Below the pieces are notes generated by a model, which was not told the DNA's origin, did no database searches, and worked only from the letters and a program-made list of their open reading frames with translations. DNA of 64,000 nt from Fistulifera solaris (taxonomy: Eukaryota). Numbering within the stretch: the stretch's first letter is position 1; each line of letters begins with the position of its first letter. The stretch is taken from assembly GCA_030295235.1 (NCBI GenBank), contig AP026151.1:124001-188000 (forward strand), read 5' to 3'. Of this stretch, positions 38,431 to 53,847 are shown one piece after another. Made by a program: the position numbers and the translations under genes.

Positions 38431-38756
38431 TGTTTTCTCTTATTTTTGCATCGAGTTCGACTCTGTTTTGTTTATCAGCCAGATCTTTTCAGGCAAAAGC
38501 GCTTGATTCTAAGAAACTGATCCGAACTCCGAACTCTTTGTCATTGTCATCGATGTGCAAAGATTTTTTCTGCTCCGCGCAAGAGGCTTATTGCTCCGCG
38601 GATCGAGCTACTGTACTTGTATTGTAATTCAAATTTCCGATTGTACACAATGTTCAATAGTGTCAGCGAGCGCGCCGGCATACAAGATGAGCGCGCCGCG
38701 CGCAGCTTATTGGGTAAAGTTATTCGGTCACGGGTCACCGCACGACTGCTATGTTG

Positions 38757-40706
38757 TCATCTATAGTTTCCTCTTGGGAATAACAAGTGTCTCCGTACGT
38801 TTAAGACTTCCCTTATTCTTTTAAATGGTTGCACTATATTTCCCCCCTTTTGAAGCAGGTTTCGGTACTTGTCTTTTATTTGAACCGTGGTTCGAGCACC
38901 TAGTCTCGAGTCATTCTCTTTGATGTGCTTCCAATTACCCACCCCATAGCGCTTGACGCCTTCGCGAATCGCATCTTCTTCCTCGGGGGTGAATTTCGTC
39001 CGTTTTTGTTTTTTCGGACCCATGGGTCTTTCGTCTTCATCGGAAGAGTCCATCAAGGAGTCGCGCTTACGCGGCTCCTTTTGTACTGGAACATTTTCAT
39101 CGACGATTCGCGGCTCCGTGATACGGGTCGACGATTTCGAATGATCTATGCGTTTCTTCTTTGTTTCCTGCTTGTTTTCAATGCCACTGTCAATATCTTG
39201 CGCTGCTGATTCCTGACTTTGTGTATAAGGGCGCGGTGGCTCAGCATGACCCGTTGAAAGAAGCACTCGTTTGCTAGCAACGAATCGCTGTTGTTGTATC
39301 CGAACTTTTTGCGTGTCTACCGAGGGCTGCGTTTCCAAGTAATCATCGTCGTCATCCAAATTGGATTCCGTGTCTCTCACATTTTCATCAATACTGTCAG
39401 CGGCTTTTTTGGCTGCTTCCCCGACATCTTCGGAAAGGTGTTTGGTGTCATCATTATTTACAACAGGATCCACAGTCGGTTCTTCCGAATCCACTTGTGC
39501 TACAACTTCGGGATCTGCTACACTGCTGGCTATGGCGGCCACTGGATCCTCAAACCGAGCGTGAAACATCCTTTCTTGATCGCGTCTTTTCTTGGCTTCG
39601 TCTTCGTCGCCAAACGAGGATACATCGTCATTTTCCGGATCCTGTACTGTATATGGGGCAACGCCCGCATATCGCAGTTGAAACAATGTCGGAATACCAA
39701 GAATACTCTCAGACCATCGAATAATCAATGCATGCATCTAGCGAAATGAACAAGTGAGTTAGTCACCCGCGCTATGATCTGATAGCCTAACAACACATAC
39801 ACACCCAAGTTTTCTTACCGCATGTTGCAAGTGCGCATGTGAGAACTCGTTCGACTCATCTCCCCACAACAAGTCGCGATGTCGTCGAAGACACTCCTCG
39901 ATATCAGGACGACGCTTTTTGACAGGCTCGAGAAGATGTCGAATTTGACTCGGCACCATCGTCTCTTCCGGCGCCAGTGATTGTTCCTCATCATCTCCTC
40001 TATCCAAAAGAAAGTCACCTCCAAACCATCCATTTTCAAGCATTTCAATGGCTTCCTGTACGCTCATTGGGTGCTCTTTGTGCAGCGACGAACGGAAAAC
40101 GACCAGAGTATGTTGATAATGCAGCAGTCGTCCTACCGCACGAAAGTCCCCTTGCAACAAATCATCTTGTGCATGCTCCGGTTTCGCCTGAACGACCGCA
40201 TCGCGCATTTGCTTCCATTCCTCTTGCAGTCGCTTCCAGTCATCCGGAGTAAAATGATAAGGAGCGCGGTCGTTTTGCCCGAGTTGCCACCGCACCAGTT
40301 CTTTCGCCCGCGCGGCCAATTTCAACCGCGCCTCGATCCGCGCATTCGGAGGTGCTGTATTTGAAGGCACGCGGAGTGCTTGAAAGAGATTGTTTTGATA
40401 GAGTGCACTTTGTTCCGGATCCGTCTCTAACAATACCGCTTGACACCAGAAATCAATACAATCGAGTTGCATCTGTTCAAAGGAAGGCAACGGAGGAAGA
40501 ACATTCCAAGCGGAACTGCGGGAAAGCGAACGGAGACGTGCAAATGATGTTGTTGGTTGCGAAGGGAATTGCGCTGGGGGAGGAATGGGCGGTGGCGGTA
40601 AAGGATGTTGCGTTTGCGGACGAGCATCGTCCTCGTCGTCGCTGCTGCTCGCGGCCTGTTGCGAGGGCGGTGACAAGAACGGAATGTATCGCGAAAACAT
40701 TTCCAT
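38757..40706 (-). CDS. TRF-like telobox Myb protein; intron 39738-39818
   Basis: C-terminal RTKFTPEEEDAIREGVKRYGVGNWKHIK...RTTVQIKDKYRNL (telobox-like); splice HA|MHALIIRW is in frame. Confidence 0.8.
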
Positions 40707-41429
40707 TTTCTCTTTAAGCTTGATGTGAACTATAGAAAGCTGTTTGTTTTTCCTTGCTTGTCAAACGAAGAGCGGTACAATTATCAAGCGAATGACTTTG
40801 AATGCAAGAGCTAGTCGGGGGCCGTCGTTTTTGCTGGACAGTTGATGCCGGTGTTGGAGTGATTTTTGAATCACCCTCCATTTTGGTGTTTATGACACGG
40901 TTTTCACGGGATGTCGTTCGCGTCAATTGTTTAGGGACACTTAGTACACTTTGATCTATAGCCGGATACTTGTTTAGAAGTGCCAAGAACGTCGGCCGCT
41001 TTCGGAAGCCGAAATCCCGCGTTCCAAAGACCCTAATTCCAGTGCCGGAGTGACGCTGAAGAAAATTGAATGATTAACTTTTTCCAGACTTCACGGGGCG
41101 AATGAAGTTCGTCGCCGCAATGACTGCATACGAGTAAGGATGTTGTTGCTGGAAGGAATAACACAAGCCGCCTCTTATATTTGCCATGTCGAAAATCCTT
41201 GCGGATGCTTGTCTTCCAGTTTATTGTAGGTCAAAGTGTACCATCAAATACGACTGCGTTGAGTCATGAGCTAAAATATTCGTTCGTTCTTTAAAATGGT
41301 TGTGTTTATAAGACTTTCTTGCGATGAAATTATCTAACATGACGATTTGAACTGCACGGATCGATTCGTAAGTCGTAAGGCGCCAGAATGTGCATTATGA
41401 TGTATCGTGAAAAAAGGCGTGACATAATT

Positions 41430-41870
41430 AATATTCTTTCGAGCGACAATACGTTACCTACAATTCGTTCGTTCGCCCCATTTTTATGAGCTTTATCTAT
41501 CAAAAAGTCTTTAGCAGCATTTCCATTACACGCCTTGATCCTTGATACTTTACGTCGAAAAGCCTGCGAAACGTTGTCTGCCGTATTGGACTATAGACCC
41601 AAAGTGTTGTCGCATTTTGCCACGACTGCAATTCAGTCACGAATCAATATTTTTTCGAGCGACAGTGTTACCTGTTACCTCCAATTCGTTCGGTAACCAA
41701 ATCTTCTTGAGATCCATTTGCCGTTGTTGCAATCAAGTAGCCTCTTAGCAGCGTTTGCATTACTCCCCTTGATGTTTTACGTTGAAGAGCCTTGTGAAAC
41801 GTTTTCTTCCTTTTTACTATGGACCCAAAGTGATGGTTTAAGGAGACCACGATTGCACTATTTCAGTCAT
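41430..41870 (+). repeat. ~220-bp tandem units carrying the dispersed bipartite motif; homologous to 62470-62960 (reverse strand)
   Basis: Repeated tttcgagcgaca...caattcgttc...ttagcagc...cattac...gaaacgtt...ctat(a/g)gacccaaagtg. Confidence 0.8.
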
Positions 41871-42060
41871 TCACCCTAACCCTAAATTCTAAAAGACCTT
41901 GGTGCTTTTCTTTTCCTTATACTGGTACAGTACCTGGTATTTGTGTTATTGCTGCTGCATCGCACACGCAATACGTAATACGCACAATAACGACGGCGCT
42001 GTAGTTACAACCACAGTTTTTACTTGCTGGATTATTTTCTTGTATTAAGCAAGAAGCAGA

Positions 42061-42449
42061 ATGATAGCATCGACGCTACGAAGCACCGGACGTGTGGCGA
42101 GCACACGTACGCAAAGGTACGCACAGGAAATTGGCAGACAAGAAACGAGCTCGTTCCTACGCACTGTGGTCTTTTTTTCTCGTTGAATATACTTAAATCG
42201 ATTCTTTTGTATCTTTCAGACGCACCATGGCCGGCGGATTCCCGGCGAACATGGCCGTGAAAAAAGAACAAATTCATGGAGGAGTGGAATGGAAAGCGTG
42301 AAATTACGGAAAAGTCTTTTGAAGTTAATTTTGCCAATATTCCTACCTTGGTCATGACGCTTCTTGTTGTTCCGTACGGAATCTACACTTGGTCACGTTC
42401 CGAATTCTTGAATGGGTCGGATGATCCGCGTTACAAAGATTTGTGCTAA
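42061..42449 (+). CDS. NDUFB4: Mitochondrial complex I subunit B15/NDUFB4-like; intron 42117-42219; one extra A at ~42260; absent from the ORF track
   Basis: Manual translation MIASTLRSTGRVASTRTQRRTMAGGFPANMAVKKNKFMEEWNGKREITEKSFEVNFANIPTLVMTLLVVPYGIYTWSRSEF...; KNKF.E.W...RE plus a single TM helix resembles plant-type B15. Confidence 0.75.
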
Positions 42450-42575
42450 ACGTGAGGAAGAGTATCACTTATAGCACTTGATGCTTGCAATAAAAAAAGT
42501 TCAATTACCGTACAATACGATTGTAGGAACAATAACAAAACGGTCTATGAGTTAGCCATTTTGCTAGTCTATTGT

Positions 42576-43946
42576 CTATGTCCAGGTTTCTTTGCCTGCA
42601 TCTACGCCGTAGCGTCGCAGGAGTTTTCGTAAATTTGAGTTGGAAGCATCAAAGAGTTTCTGAAGCTTTTTTCGGGTCTTGTCCGAAACGGTGGATTTAT
42701 CGAACTTTGTCGGAAACAACTTAGGTTCCGGAATGGGCTTGCTTGAAGGCGAAAGACCCAAGAACGACCGTATGCGCTCCCATTCGCGTGTAGGATCTTT
42801 CTTCCATTCTTCTGTCCACACGACCAATACATCCTCTGCTGGGTTTTTCCCCGCCGCCTGCATGGCTTGGAAACCAATGGCGCAACTGGTAATGATACAA
42901 ACTTCGACCAATTCCTCCACCTTCTCCGACTGTGGTGTGCGCATACTGATACCACGCCATGTCTTCGTCGACGCGTCGAATGTTGGGTGTAAACAAGCCG
43001 TTCTGTTCTAAATGATCATAATCGCGTTGAATCCATTCTTCGAGGGTTCCCTTCCACTGATGATTCTGCACGGCAGCTTGAAATTGCTGATAGAGTCGAT
43101 CCATTGGCTCCTGTAATAAGACCACCAGTTTGACCCAGGGCAAAACACACAGAATGCGACGTGGCACCAGTGAACTGTAAAACAAGTAACCTGGACTCGC
43201 ATCAAATGTCAAAGCATCGGGGTTATTGTTGTTATACAACGCTGCCAGACGCTGTCGCGCGGCGTGGACGGCCGTTTTCTCGGTCTTTTGTAGACATATT
43301 TCGCAAAGGGACCATCGAGAAAGAATGAAAGCTCGAGTGAGCGCCGGGGAGGTTGTATCGTTGTCGGAGCAATCGACATGAGCCATTGCGCCAGTTCGCG
43401 AGTACCCGTATATTTCGCACCCGGAATTAAAAAGTGCGGGGTACGCTTTTGTGTGTACCATTCGGTATTTTGTAAGTCGCACCATCGATCGACGAAAGTT
43501 CGAGATTGATTGGTGAGGATAGGCGTTTCGAAGAAGGAATGCCCTGATGACGCAACTTTTGTCGTATTTGAAGAGCCATGGAACGAGGACGTTACTGGTT
43601 GCAACGTCGGTGTCAATGTAGGAGCAGGTGTGGAAATTGTTTCATGTTTCGTCGACGACGGTACAGAGTCGCTTGTCGTCGTTGTGTGAATAGCTTTCTT
43701 ATCGCTGCTCGTCGCTAAATCAACCGACGACATTATTGAATTTTCAAAAAGTCCATGCAATAACGAGAGAACTACCAAGACGCAAAGGAACGGCAGAATG
43801 GCGCGTATGCGTGTTCGTGTCCATTTTGCGAAACGCGATGACTGCTGACGAAGCAAAGGCGGTCTTTGTGACAAAGACGAAGTTCCTACGTCTGTGATCT
43901 TCCGAGCGGTCCGCGGTGATCGCGATGAAAGAGAAACAGATTTCAT
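42576..43946 (-). CDS. Type II membrane sulfotransferase (heparan-sulfate 3-O-sulfotransferase-like); frameshifts ~43290 and ~42872
   Basis: 5'-PSB loop PHFLIPGAKYTGT, ELSFF, FDASPGYL, KLVVLLQEPMDR, RSLYHYQLRHWF, FLGL; N-terminal TM segment. Confidence 0.85.
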
Positions 43947-45790
43947 GACATGCTCCTTGCTGAGGGCTCGTTGTTTGTGTATTGCAGAAGGAAAGACTAT
44001 TTTGTAAACGAGACCTTGTGGGATGTAACTACAAAGTAAAGATGTAACGGAAGGAGGAAAAAGTATAAAAAGAGGCATACGAAAAGAGGTGGCGTTTGGT
44101 GATTGGTGACGGATGGTGGTGAGGGACACCGGTACCACCACCTACAATAAAAATTTATATCGATAACAAGTTACTCTAATTACAAACCGTCAATGATCAT
44201 AGGTATTGTACCCGGTACGGTACCTGGTACAGTACGTTCGAAGTTCCGAGGAGAGAGTTCATCCAACATCCGATGCGATCCTAAAGACTATATGTGAATC
44301 CAACGCCAGGCTTGTCCGTCTGTCGATCGTATATTATTGCAAATGGGTTTTATCTGCTAGAAGATTCTACGTAGAGTCGTCTACGTAGAGGCAGAATTTT
44401 AACGCCGTTTTCCGGGTCGACGTAGACCTAGCTACTCGAGAGGATTCAAAACTAAAGGCAAACCATTTCTCTGGAGAGCCATTTCGAGAAGGTGTACGGA
44501 AATCCAATAATTCCTCGGGGTTTCTGTATGGAATCAAGGGAAGCTTGGTACAATGCTTTAGTCTCCAGAATCTACGCATTCTACTTGATTGTCTTTAATG
44601 AAGATCAGTTGAAATGAATAATCAACTCCGCCTTTCCCATTATTGCAGAAACAAATCAGATAAACGGTTTGGCATGTATGTAAATCGAAATACTCCGTAA
44701 TACGTATAGAAAATATCATTTTTAAAAAGAATAGGATATAGGATGGCTTCCAGACTTTACTGCTGGTTTACGAGCGTCCTCTTGTGTTTTCGAACGGCGG
44801 ATGACGCTTATCGTGCAAAGAGTAAGTTCAAGGCGATACAAGGCGATGCACGATGCACGATGGTTCAGGTGTCGGTAGCATCAATTATTATTGTCCTCCG
44901 TAGTAAGCTACCACAGAGTAGGATTTAGTCTTTAGTCTTTAGTCTTTAGTCACAACTCACAACTCACAACACTCTAACTTGCAAATCTGCAAATCACAAA
45001 CTAAAAGCAAGAGGCAAGCGAGAGGGAGTCGCAAACGCACTTATTTGGGTCATTTTTTTGGTAGACGAGAGAGAGAGACCTCATAGCTCATAGCTCATAG
45101 TAGCTGCGAGCTGAGAGCTCAGCTGAGTCTGATTTTCGAATACGTAATTTTTTTTTTAAAAAAAACGCTTTTTGTTGATTGTTGACTATTGACAAACTGA
45201 CGATCTGACGATATGCTGTGTGCTGTGTATATTGCTCTAGAGTTTTCCAATTTGATACGATTGAAAACAGAAACCTCTAAGTCAACATTGATTAATGACG
45301 CAGAAATTATACATTATACAGATCATTTATGAGCCGCAGTTACACATTACACAATATAGAATACTTGTGGAATGGAGAATGGAGTGAATAAATAATTGCC
45401 GAGGTTCAAGGTTCCCAACGCGTCTTCCTTGTTCCCGAAATCCCAAAACCCAACCCACAACCCACAAACCCACAAACCCACAAACTCTTCGCGGCACTGG
45501 ACAATGTACAATACTGTAGAGTGTGAAGGTCGGAGCCAAATTCTTCCATGGAAGGTGAAGAGTTTAGTCTCCTCTATGGTGTACAAGCTGTAAATGCTGC
45601 ATGCCTATGCATGCCGCATCGCGGTAGATTTTGTTACGGAGTACAAGTAGTTTTTATTCGCTGCTGCTCCTTTGCGGCCCAGAAACTGATGAATGTCGTT
45701 CCGCAAAAATCCACGTCTGCGCCTTTTGATTTGTTTCATAAACTTCCGAGTTCGAGCATCTCCCATCTTGGTATCGGAAGTATAACTACC

Positions 45791-46444
45791 ATGGAGGGAT
45801 TCTTGCAGGAACTGATCGAATATAACACAAATGGCGTGAAAAAGATGCAGGAGGGTCTGCTTGAGGGCGCCGAATCCTACTTTACACTCGGCCTTCGTCT
45901 CCTCCAGCGCAATGCTGCATCAATCCAAACCTTCGTTCCGCCTTTCACCTATTCACAGGATGGCTTGAGCGTACCCGTACTACCCAATAAGGCCATCGCA
46001 CAGGACAGTGACTTTGTTGCTCTGTTCGATCGAGCCCTCGTCCTTTCTGGCAACGAACTATCGGACTCGTGCATTGAGCAAAAGCTCACAGCTTATTCGG
46101 GATTTTTCATGTACAATTTTGCCTTGCTGACGCACATTCGAGGACTTCCGGAAGGAAACGCGAAGAGACTCTCGCAAGCCCTGCACATGTACACGTTGGC
46201 ATGGCAAGCTTTGGCAAACACAGGCGAAGCCAACCCACACGTCGAGCTGGCAGTCTTGGCGTGTATCAGCAATATGGCTCACATCCATCGCTATTTCCAT
46301 CGAATGTCGGAAGTGAATTCGTGTGGGCGTTGGATTTGGGAAAGATTGCAACAAGCAAATATTCCTGCGGAAGAACGGTCCTTGCTCATGTCAAATGCTT
46401 TCTTCTATGAGCAGAAAGAATCATTTGCTGCGTTCATGGCATAA
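45791..46444 (+). CDS. Hypothetical helical (TPR-like) protein
   Basis: ATG ORF of ~217 aa; YNFALLTH...ALHMYTLA...ISNMAHIH pattern. Confidence 0.6.
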   Translation: MEGFLQELIEYNTNGVKKMQEGLLEGAESYFTLGLRLLQRNAASIQTFVPPFTYSQDGLSVPVLPNKAIAQDSDFVALFDRALVLSGNELSDSCIEQKLTAYSGFFMYNFALLTHIRGLPEGNAKRLSQALHMYTLAWQALANTGEANPHVELAVLACISNMAHIHRYFHRMSEVNSCGRWIWERLQQANIPAEERSLLMSNAFFYEQKESFAAFMA

Positions 46445-46569
46445 ACGAAACAATTTTTTGAAGCTTGGGAGCAGTTGTGTTCCCATCAGTTTTCCAGTGA
46501 ATTCGTACATACAATTTTTGACGATTTTAATGAAGAAAGTTTTGCGTCTTGTTTGTATCTTTCCTATAG

Positions 46570-47099
46570 TCATCGTTTTCGTCTGCGTAAAGTCCGCGCG
46601 CTCGAGCTCGCTGTCAATTGTGGTTTGGGCCGTAACATGGGAGCGAAACCTCCGTGATTGGCCAAGAAATTTTGCCAAAAGTAAGCCGCATCCGTTTTCC
46701 CCTGCAACCATTCTCGAAACATAGGGTTTTGTTTGGATTCTTCCACCGTCTCGGCCGTCAGGCCCAATTGTTCTTTACAAGCCACGCGGAATGTAGCTTC
46801 CTCATCGTCGGTGATTCCCACGTCCGTCCAGTCGTTGGTATTATTGCCTTTTGTAAAAGCTCGTACGCACTGGTAATTTGATGAAACAATTCTACCAAAT
46901 CTCGATTCGATTGCGGTTGCAAGTCAGGATGACATCGCTTCGCTGCAGTGAAGTAAGCGACACGGAGTTCCTTCGGAGTAGGACTTGTTTGCGATGGAGG
47001 CAAACCCAACAGTTCTTTTGCGGCACGATATGGATCGAACGAGCGGCTCGAGAAGAAAGCAGACGACGACGAAGAAAGAACAAGATTCGTCCCTCGCAT
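46570..47099 (-). CDS. DnaJ (J-domain) protein, probably mitochondrial; frameshift ~46830
   Basis: ELRVAYFTAAKRCHPDL...FHQITSAYELL; Ser/Arg-rich N-terminus. Confidence 0.8.
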
Positions 47100-47567
47100 T
47101 GCGATGTAGAACGGCATTTTGTGCCCGATCATTGCTCTTATCCTTTTGCACAGATCGTTGAGCTCGGTACAAAACAAGCAAGCCGAATACCCTGGCTTTG
47201 CAACACATTGGGTCTATCGCATCGTCATGGTCGCGCAATCTGACTCAAAAAGGTGAGACGCGGAGAATGAGCCTCGTGACTGAAAATTTTCGGGATCGAG
47301 TGCGCTTTGCAGACCAGATCGTCTGTCCTTCCACACGTACAAGAAACAAAAGGCGGATCTTTCGTTTTGATCGAGAGGTATCCGATTGTACAGTCTGTGA
47401 TAGAGTAAAAGCGCATGCAAAAGCATTCGCGATCGATCGCTTCTTCTCCATTGCTTCTCCTTTCAGCGATTGCGAGATCATAATAACAGTCATTGGGAAG
47501 CAATTCAATCTTTTCTTGTTCATTGACTGTATCTTGCACCGTGTCGCTTTTCTTCATTGCATTGATC

Positions 47568-50111
<2,544 letters not shown>

Positions 50112-50224
50112 CAATTTTATACTGTTTAAAAGGATCAAAATAAATTTGCCGCTGCTTCGATGAGTCGTGTATAAAGGAATCTTTATGATAATAGATCGTT
50201 AGCTTGAGCATCATGATACAAATT

Positions 50225-53200
50225 TTATGAACGTGAGCCGCCTTCAGTCAACTTTGCAAGACCTATAGGCCCAGAGGTTGCAAACGGGGTAAATGATCCA
50301 GACGCCTCATCTCCTTCTGCAAATGGTGTAAGGTAATCGTCAGTTTTGCGTTCAAAGCCTAAATTGTCATCTGGCATGGCAATATTGTACGCCATGGGTT
50401 GCGGACTCCATATTGAACTCATTTGGCGGCGCGCCCATTGGGCGTCCGGCTTGGGGCCCACTGATCCGACATTTAGCGCATGCGCCGACTGTCTATGAAG
50501 TGTAAAGATATTGCAACCGGAAAAGAACTCAAAGCTAGCAATCTCACCCATTGACGGACGCCTGGCAGGGTTCCTTTCTAAAAGACGAGTTATAAGTTCC
50601 CTTGCTTCGTCTTGAATTCCCGCTCCATGACTATCAATAAATAGAGCGTCAACGGTACCGCTCGATGAGCCTTCATGGAATGTGACAATCTTTTGCCGTG
50701 TGGTATGCTCATCAGAGTCGAGAAGAGGGGGGCGGCCAGAGAGACACTGGTACATGACGCAACCTAGAGCCCAAGAGTCTGCAGCTGGTGTGGGTATCGC
50801 TCCCAAAACAACCTCTGGCGGCAGGTATGCTGTAGTTCCCTCTATTCTAATATCATCGCCCGAAACATCCTCGTTGACTTCCGTTCCACTCGACTCTTGG
50901 GCCATTTCCGTGGCATCATCGACAGCTGCTCCGGCAACTTGATGTCCCGACTGCCAGTCGCCGTCACGAAGATTTTTCAGAAGGTTTTTAGAGATAGAGG
51001 CGACTTTCAGCCTCGCCTCAGCGGTGAAGGGACGACAAGCACCGTAGTCAGTGAGTTTTACATGACCTGACTCGGTTATTACGATATTCTCTGTCATAAT
51101 GTGCGAGCATTCAATACTGTTGAGAAAGCGTGAACAAAATAGGAGCAGCATCGATCACAAAACCGTACGTACCTGGTTTCCAAATCAGCGTAAACGAGTC
51201 CAATACTATGAATGCTATCTAAAGCTGCTGCGACTTCACCGATAATAAACCGACAAGAGTCATGATCCATCGACCCATGCTCGCGTAAAACACTATGCAA
51301 GTCGCCCCGACTGGCATACTCAAGAACCATGTAAGCTCCTTCTCGAAATCGAAAACTGGAAACGAGCCTTGCTATACCGGGGTGTGACAACAAGCGCAAA
51401 ACTGCAATTTCTCGTTGTACGGAAGTCTCGTATGACATTTCGCGAATTTTTTCGGTTGATATGATCTTCACAGCATATTCTGCCCACGACGATCTCGTCT
51501 TGGTTCGATCGATCAATCGCGCGTACTTGACAACACTGAATGCACCCGATCCCAGCTCATGTCCAAACACTAAGTCGTGAAACTTAAGAGACGGAAGAAG
51601 AGTCGGTGTTTCAGCGAGTTGTTGTCGGCTCCAGTCGGACATACCGTCGTGACTCGAATCGGGAGGTTTTATTTTGTCCATATACTGCTTTACATAGTCG
51701 AGACCTTTGGAATGCAACGTAGCTGAGTTGTTGTGATCATCACGTGTTTCTTCTCGGGAGAGAAATGGATTCATTTGCTCCGACGAACGCTTAGGGTGCT
51801 GTTTGCTCGAAGATATTGCCCAAGGTGCAACGCCAGTAATCGTGGAAGGCGGTTGCGATCTACCTTTATTGGACGATCTTACAGCCCATGGCGCTACGCC
51901 AGTGACTGTTGATGGCGGTTGACTTCGATTGTCTTGATGGGCGCTTTGAGCTGCGATAGATGCTGATTTTGGTATGCTTGCTTTTGCTGACGGTGCCGGG
52001 GGTCTCCACGTGCCCATTGATGCTTTTAACGATAATTTTTGCGGAACTTCAGGGGCAACAGGCAGCTGTCTAGCAATACTTTCAGTGCTTGCTACGTGCG
52101 ACGACGGCGGAACGATTGTCGGGTTCGTGGCCACTCCAGAAAACAGTTTGTTACACAAGGATTCAAATCGCGTGGCATTGGACTGTTGCAATTGGTATAG
52201 AACATTACACGTCATCTTGCGTACCGTAGGATTCCAAGACGGTTCGCTCCGGACAAGGGCAGGTAAAATTACACTCAAGGATAAATCAAAGTGCGCCTCT
52301 ATCATTTCAGAAAATGTTTTATTCCGAAACAGTTGTAAAGAGCATTCTGCCACACGCGAATGCTCACTCGGCATGAGGCCTCCCGTCACACGTAGGAGTT
52401 GCGTCCACCAGCTGGGTGGTGCTTCCACGATGGTCATCAATTTCAACAGTGTCTCGACTTCATGCAGCAGCAACACCTGCTTCGATGTATTACCGGTCAG
52501 CGCCAATTCTTCCAGCAGCGAGGGCATTATTAATTCCATCCAGTCTGATTTCTTTTGAATCATAGTAGCGAGACACTGTGTTAACGCTTCATGGTAGAGC
52601 TCAATGACCGGAGTCTGATCACGCCAAAGAACCACCGCATTCGTTTTATGAAGAGGCATCAAATGTTGCGTTATCAACTGACGATAAATCAAGTTGTTTT
52701 GATCGAACGACTCCGGAGAGACGCCCAAAAGTATAAGACGCAAAAGGCGCAAAGAAAGGGCAATCGAGGCTGCCTGTGTATTTTCTTGCCGCAACGATGT
52801 ACCCGATGACGATCCCGAATGGACAAAGTCATGCCACATGCGTCCCAATAATTTTCGAATCAGTTTACGGACGGCAGCATCGGCGTAACGATAGAGAGCC
52901 ATTAAAATCATCTCCAAGTGTTGCATGTGTTCCTCCCACTCTTCCTCCAACCGTGCCGTCAGCTGCACAACAAACTGATATTGCTGCAGTCGCGATGACA
53001 TGTCACTGGAGGGATGATTTTGGCGCAAATCTTGTGTATACGCATTCATGTGTGAACGAAGGATCTGCAATTCTTTCAAATGGACGAAAAAGGCTTTGAC
53101 CAGTGTATGATCCTTGGAATCGTGACGAAGCAGATGCACCCATAAGTGCCTATCATCTTGATTCGCAGCGGAAGCCAAATTGTATTCCATCCACTGTATC

Positions 53201-53547
53201 ATCCATTTGGTCACCAAGAATCCATGCCAAACTTGATGAAGTGTAATGTCGTTGGGTGACAGTGACGATTCGAGCAATGCATTCTCCCGAAAATTCATGA
53301 TCGCCGCATGGTTTCCCGAAGCATCTTCCAGCGGATCCCACGCTAGATTCAAAAGCTGAACGGTGGCTTCGTACACGGCGGAAGACAGTGGAGTACAATC
53401 TTCGACCGTGAGACCTTCGTAAGTCATCGTATCACGAATCCCCAACCATCGTTCGATCGTCTGTATGGGATCTGTATCTGGTTCAATCTCTGCAGCCTGT
53501 AACACTTGTATCACGGCCGCAATGAATTTGTCGATTGTCTCTGTCAT
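50225..53547 (-). CDS. Fusion of a PP2A B56(B')-like domain and a PDK1/AGC-like Ser/Thr kinase; intron 51091-51172; one extra base near 51180
   Basis: B56-like LMPLHK...LYHEALTQC...NTSKQVLLLHEVE...SEHSRVAECSL...SWNPTV in the same 817-aa ORF as GSGAFSVV, YAVK, YADL(KP)EN; exon 2 has DYG, GTTAYLPPE, DSWALGC. Confidence 0.85.
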
Positions 53548-53847
53548 TTTTAGAATGCGAATGAATCACAACGAGAGGCGTTGCACAACAGTCGACACGC
53601 GGTAGCGGACCGAGGCTTTCCTTTCAAGTATCCGAGCGACAAACAAGGCGACAAGCGCTAATTGTGAATACACGATTAAAGGATGCACAGAAGTGGAAAT
53701 GGTGAACTTTTTGTGCAACATGAACGGCGACAAGCTCTCGCCGTCGTCTTTTTGTTTTTGCTTTCGAAATCATTTTAGTTCCGTTAGAGAACATAACCCG
53801 GATGTGTATATGACTATAGTGTCGAAGTGTACTCGTTTTCAACAGGA

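Noticed and set aside
41874..41885. (CCCTAA)2 telomere-like sequence near the TRF-like genes
   Set aside because: Only two units; compatible with chance
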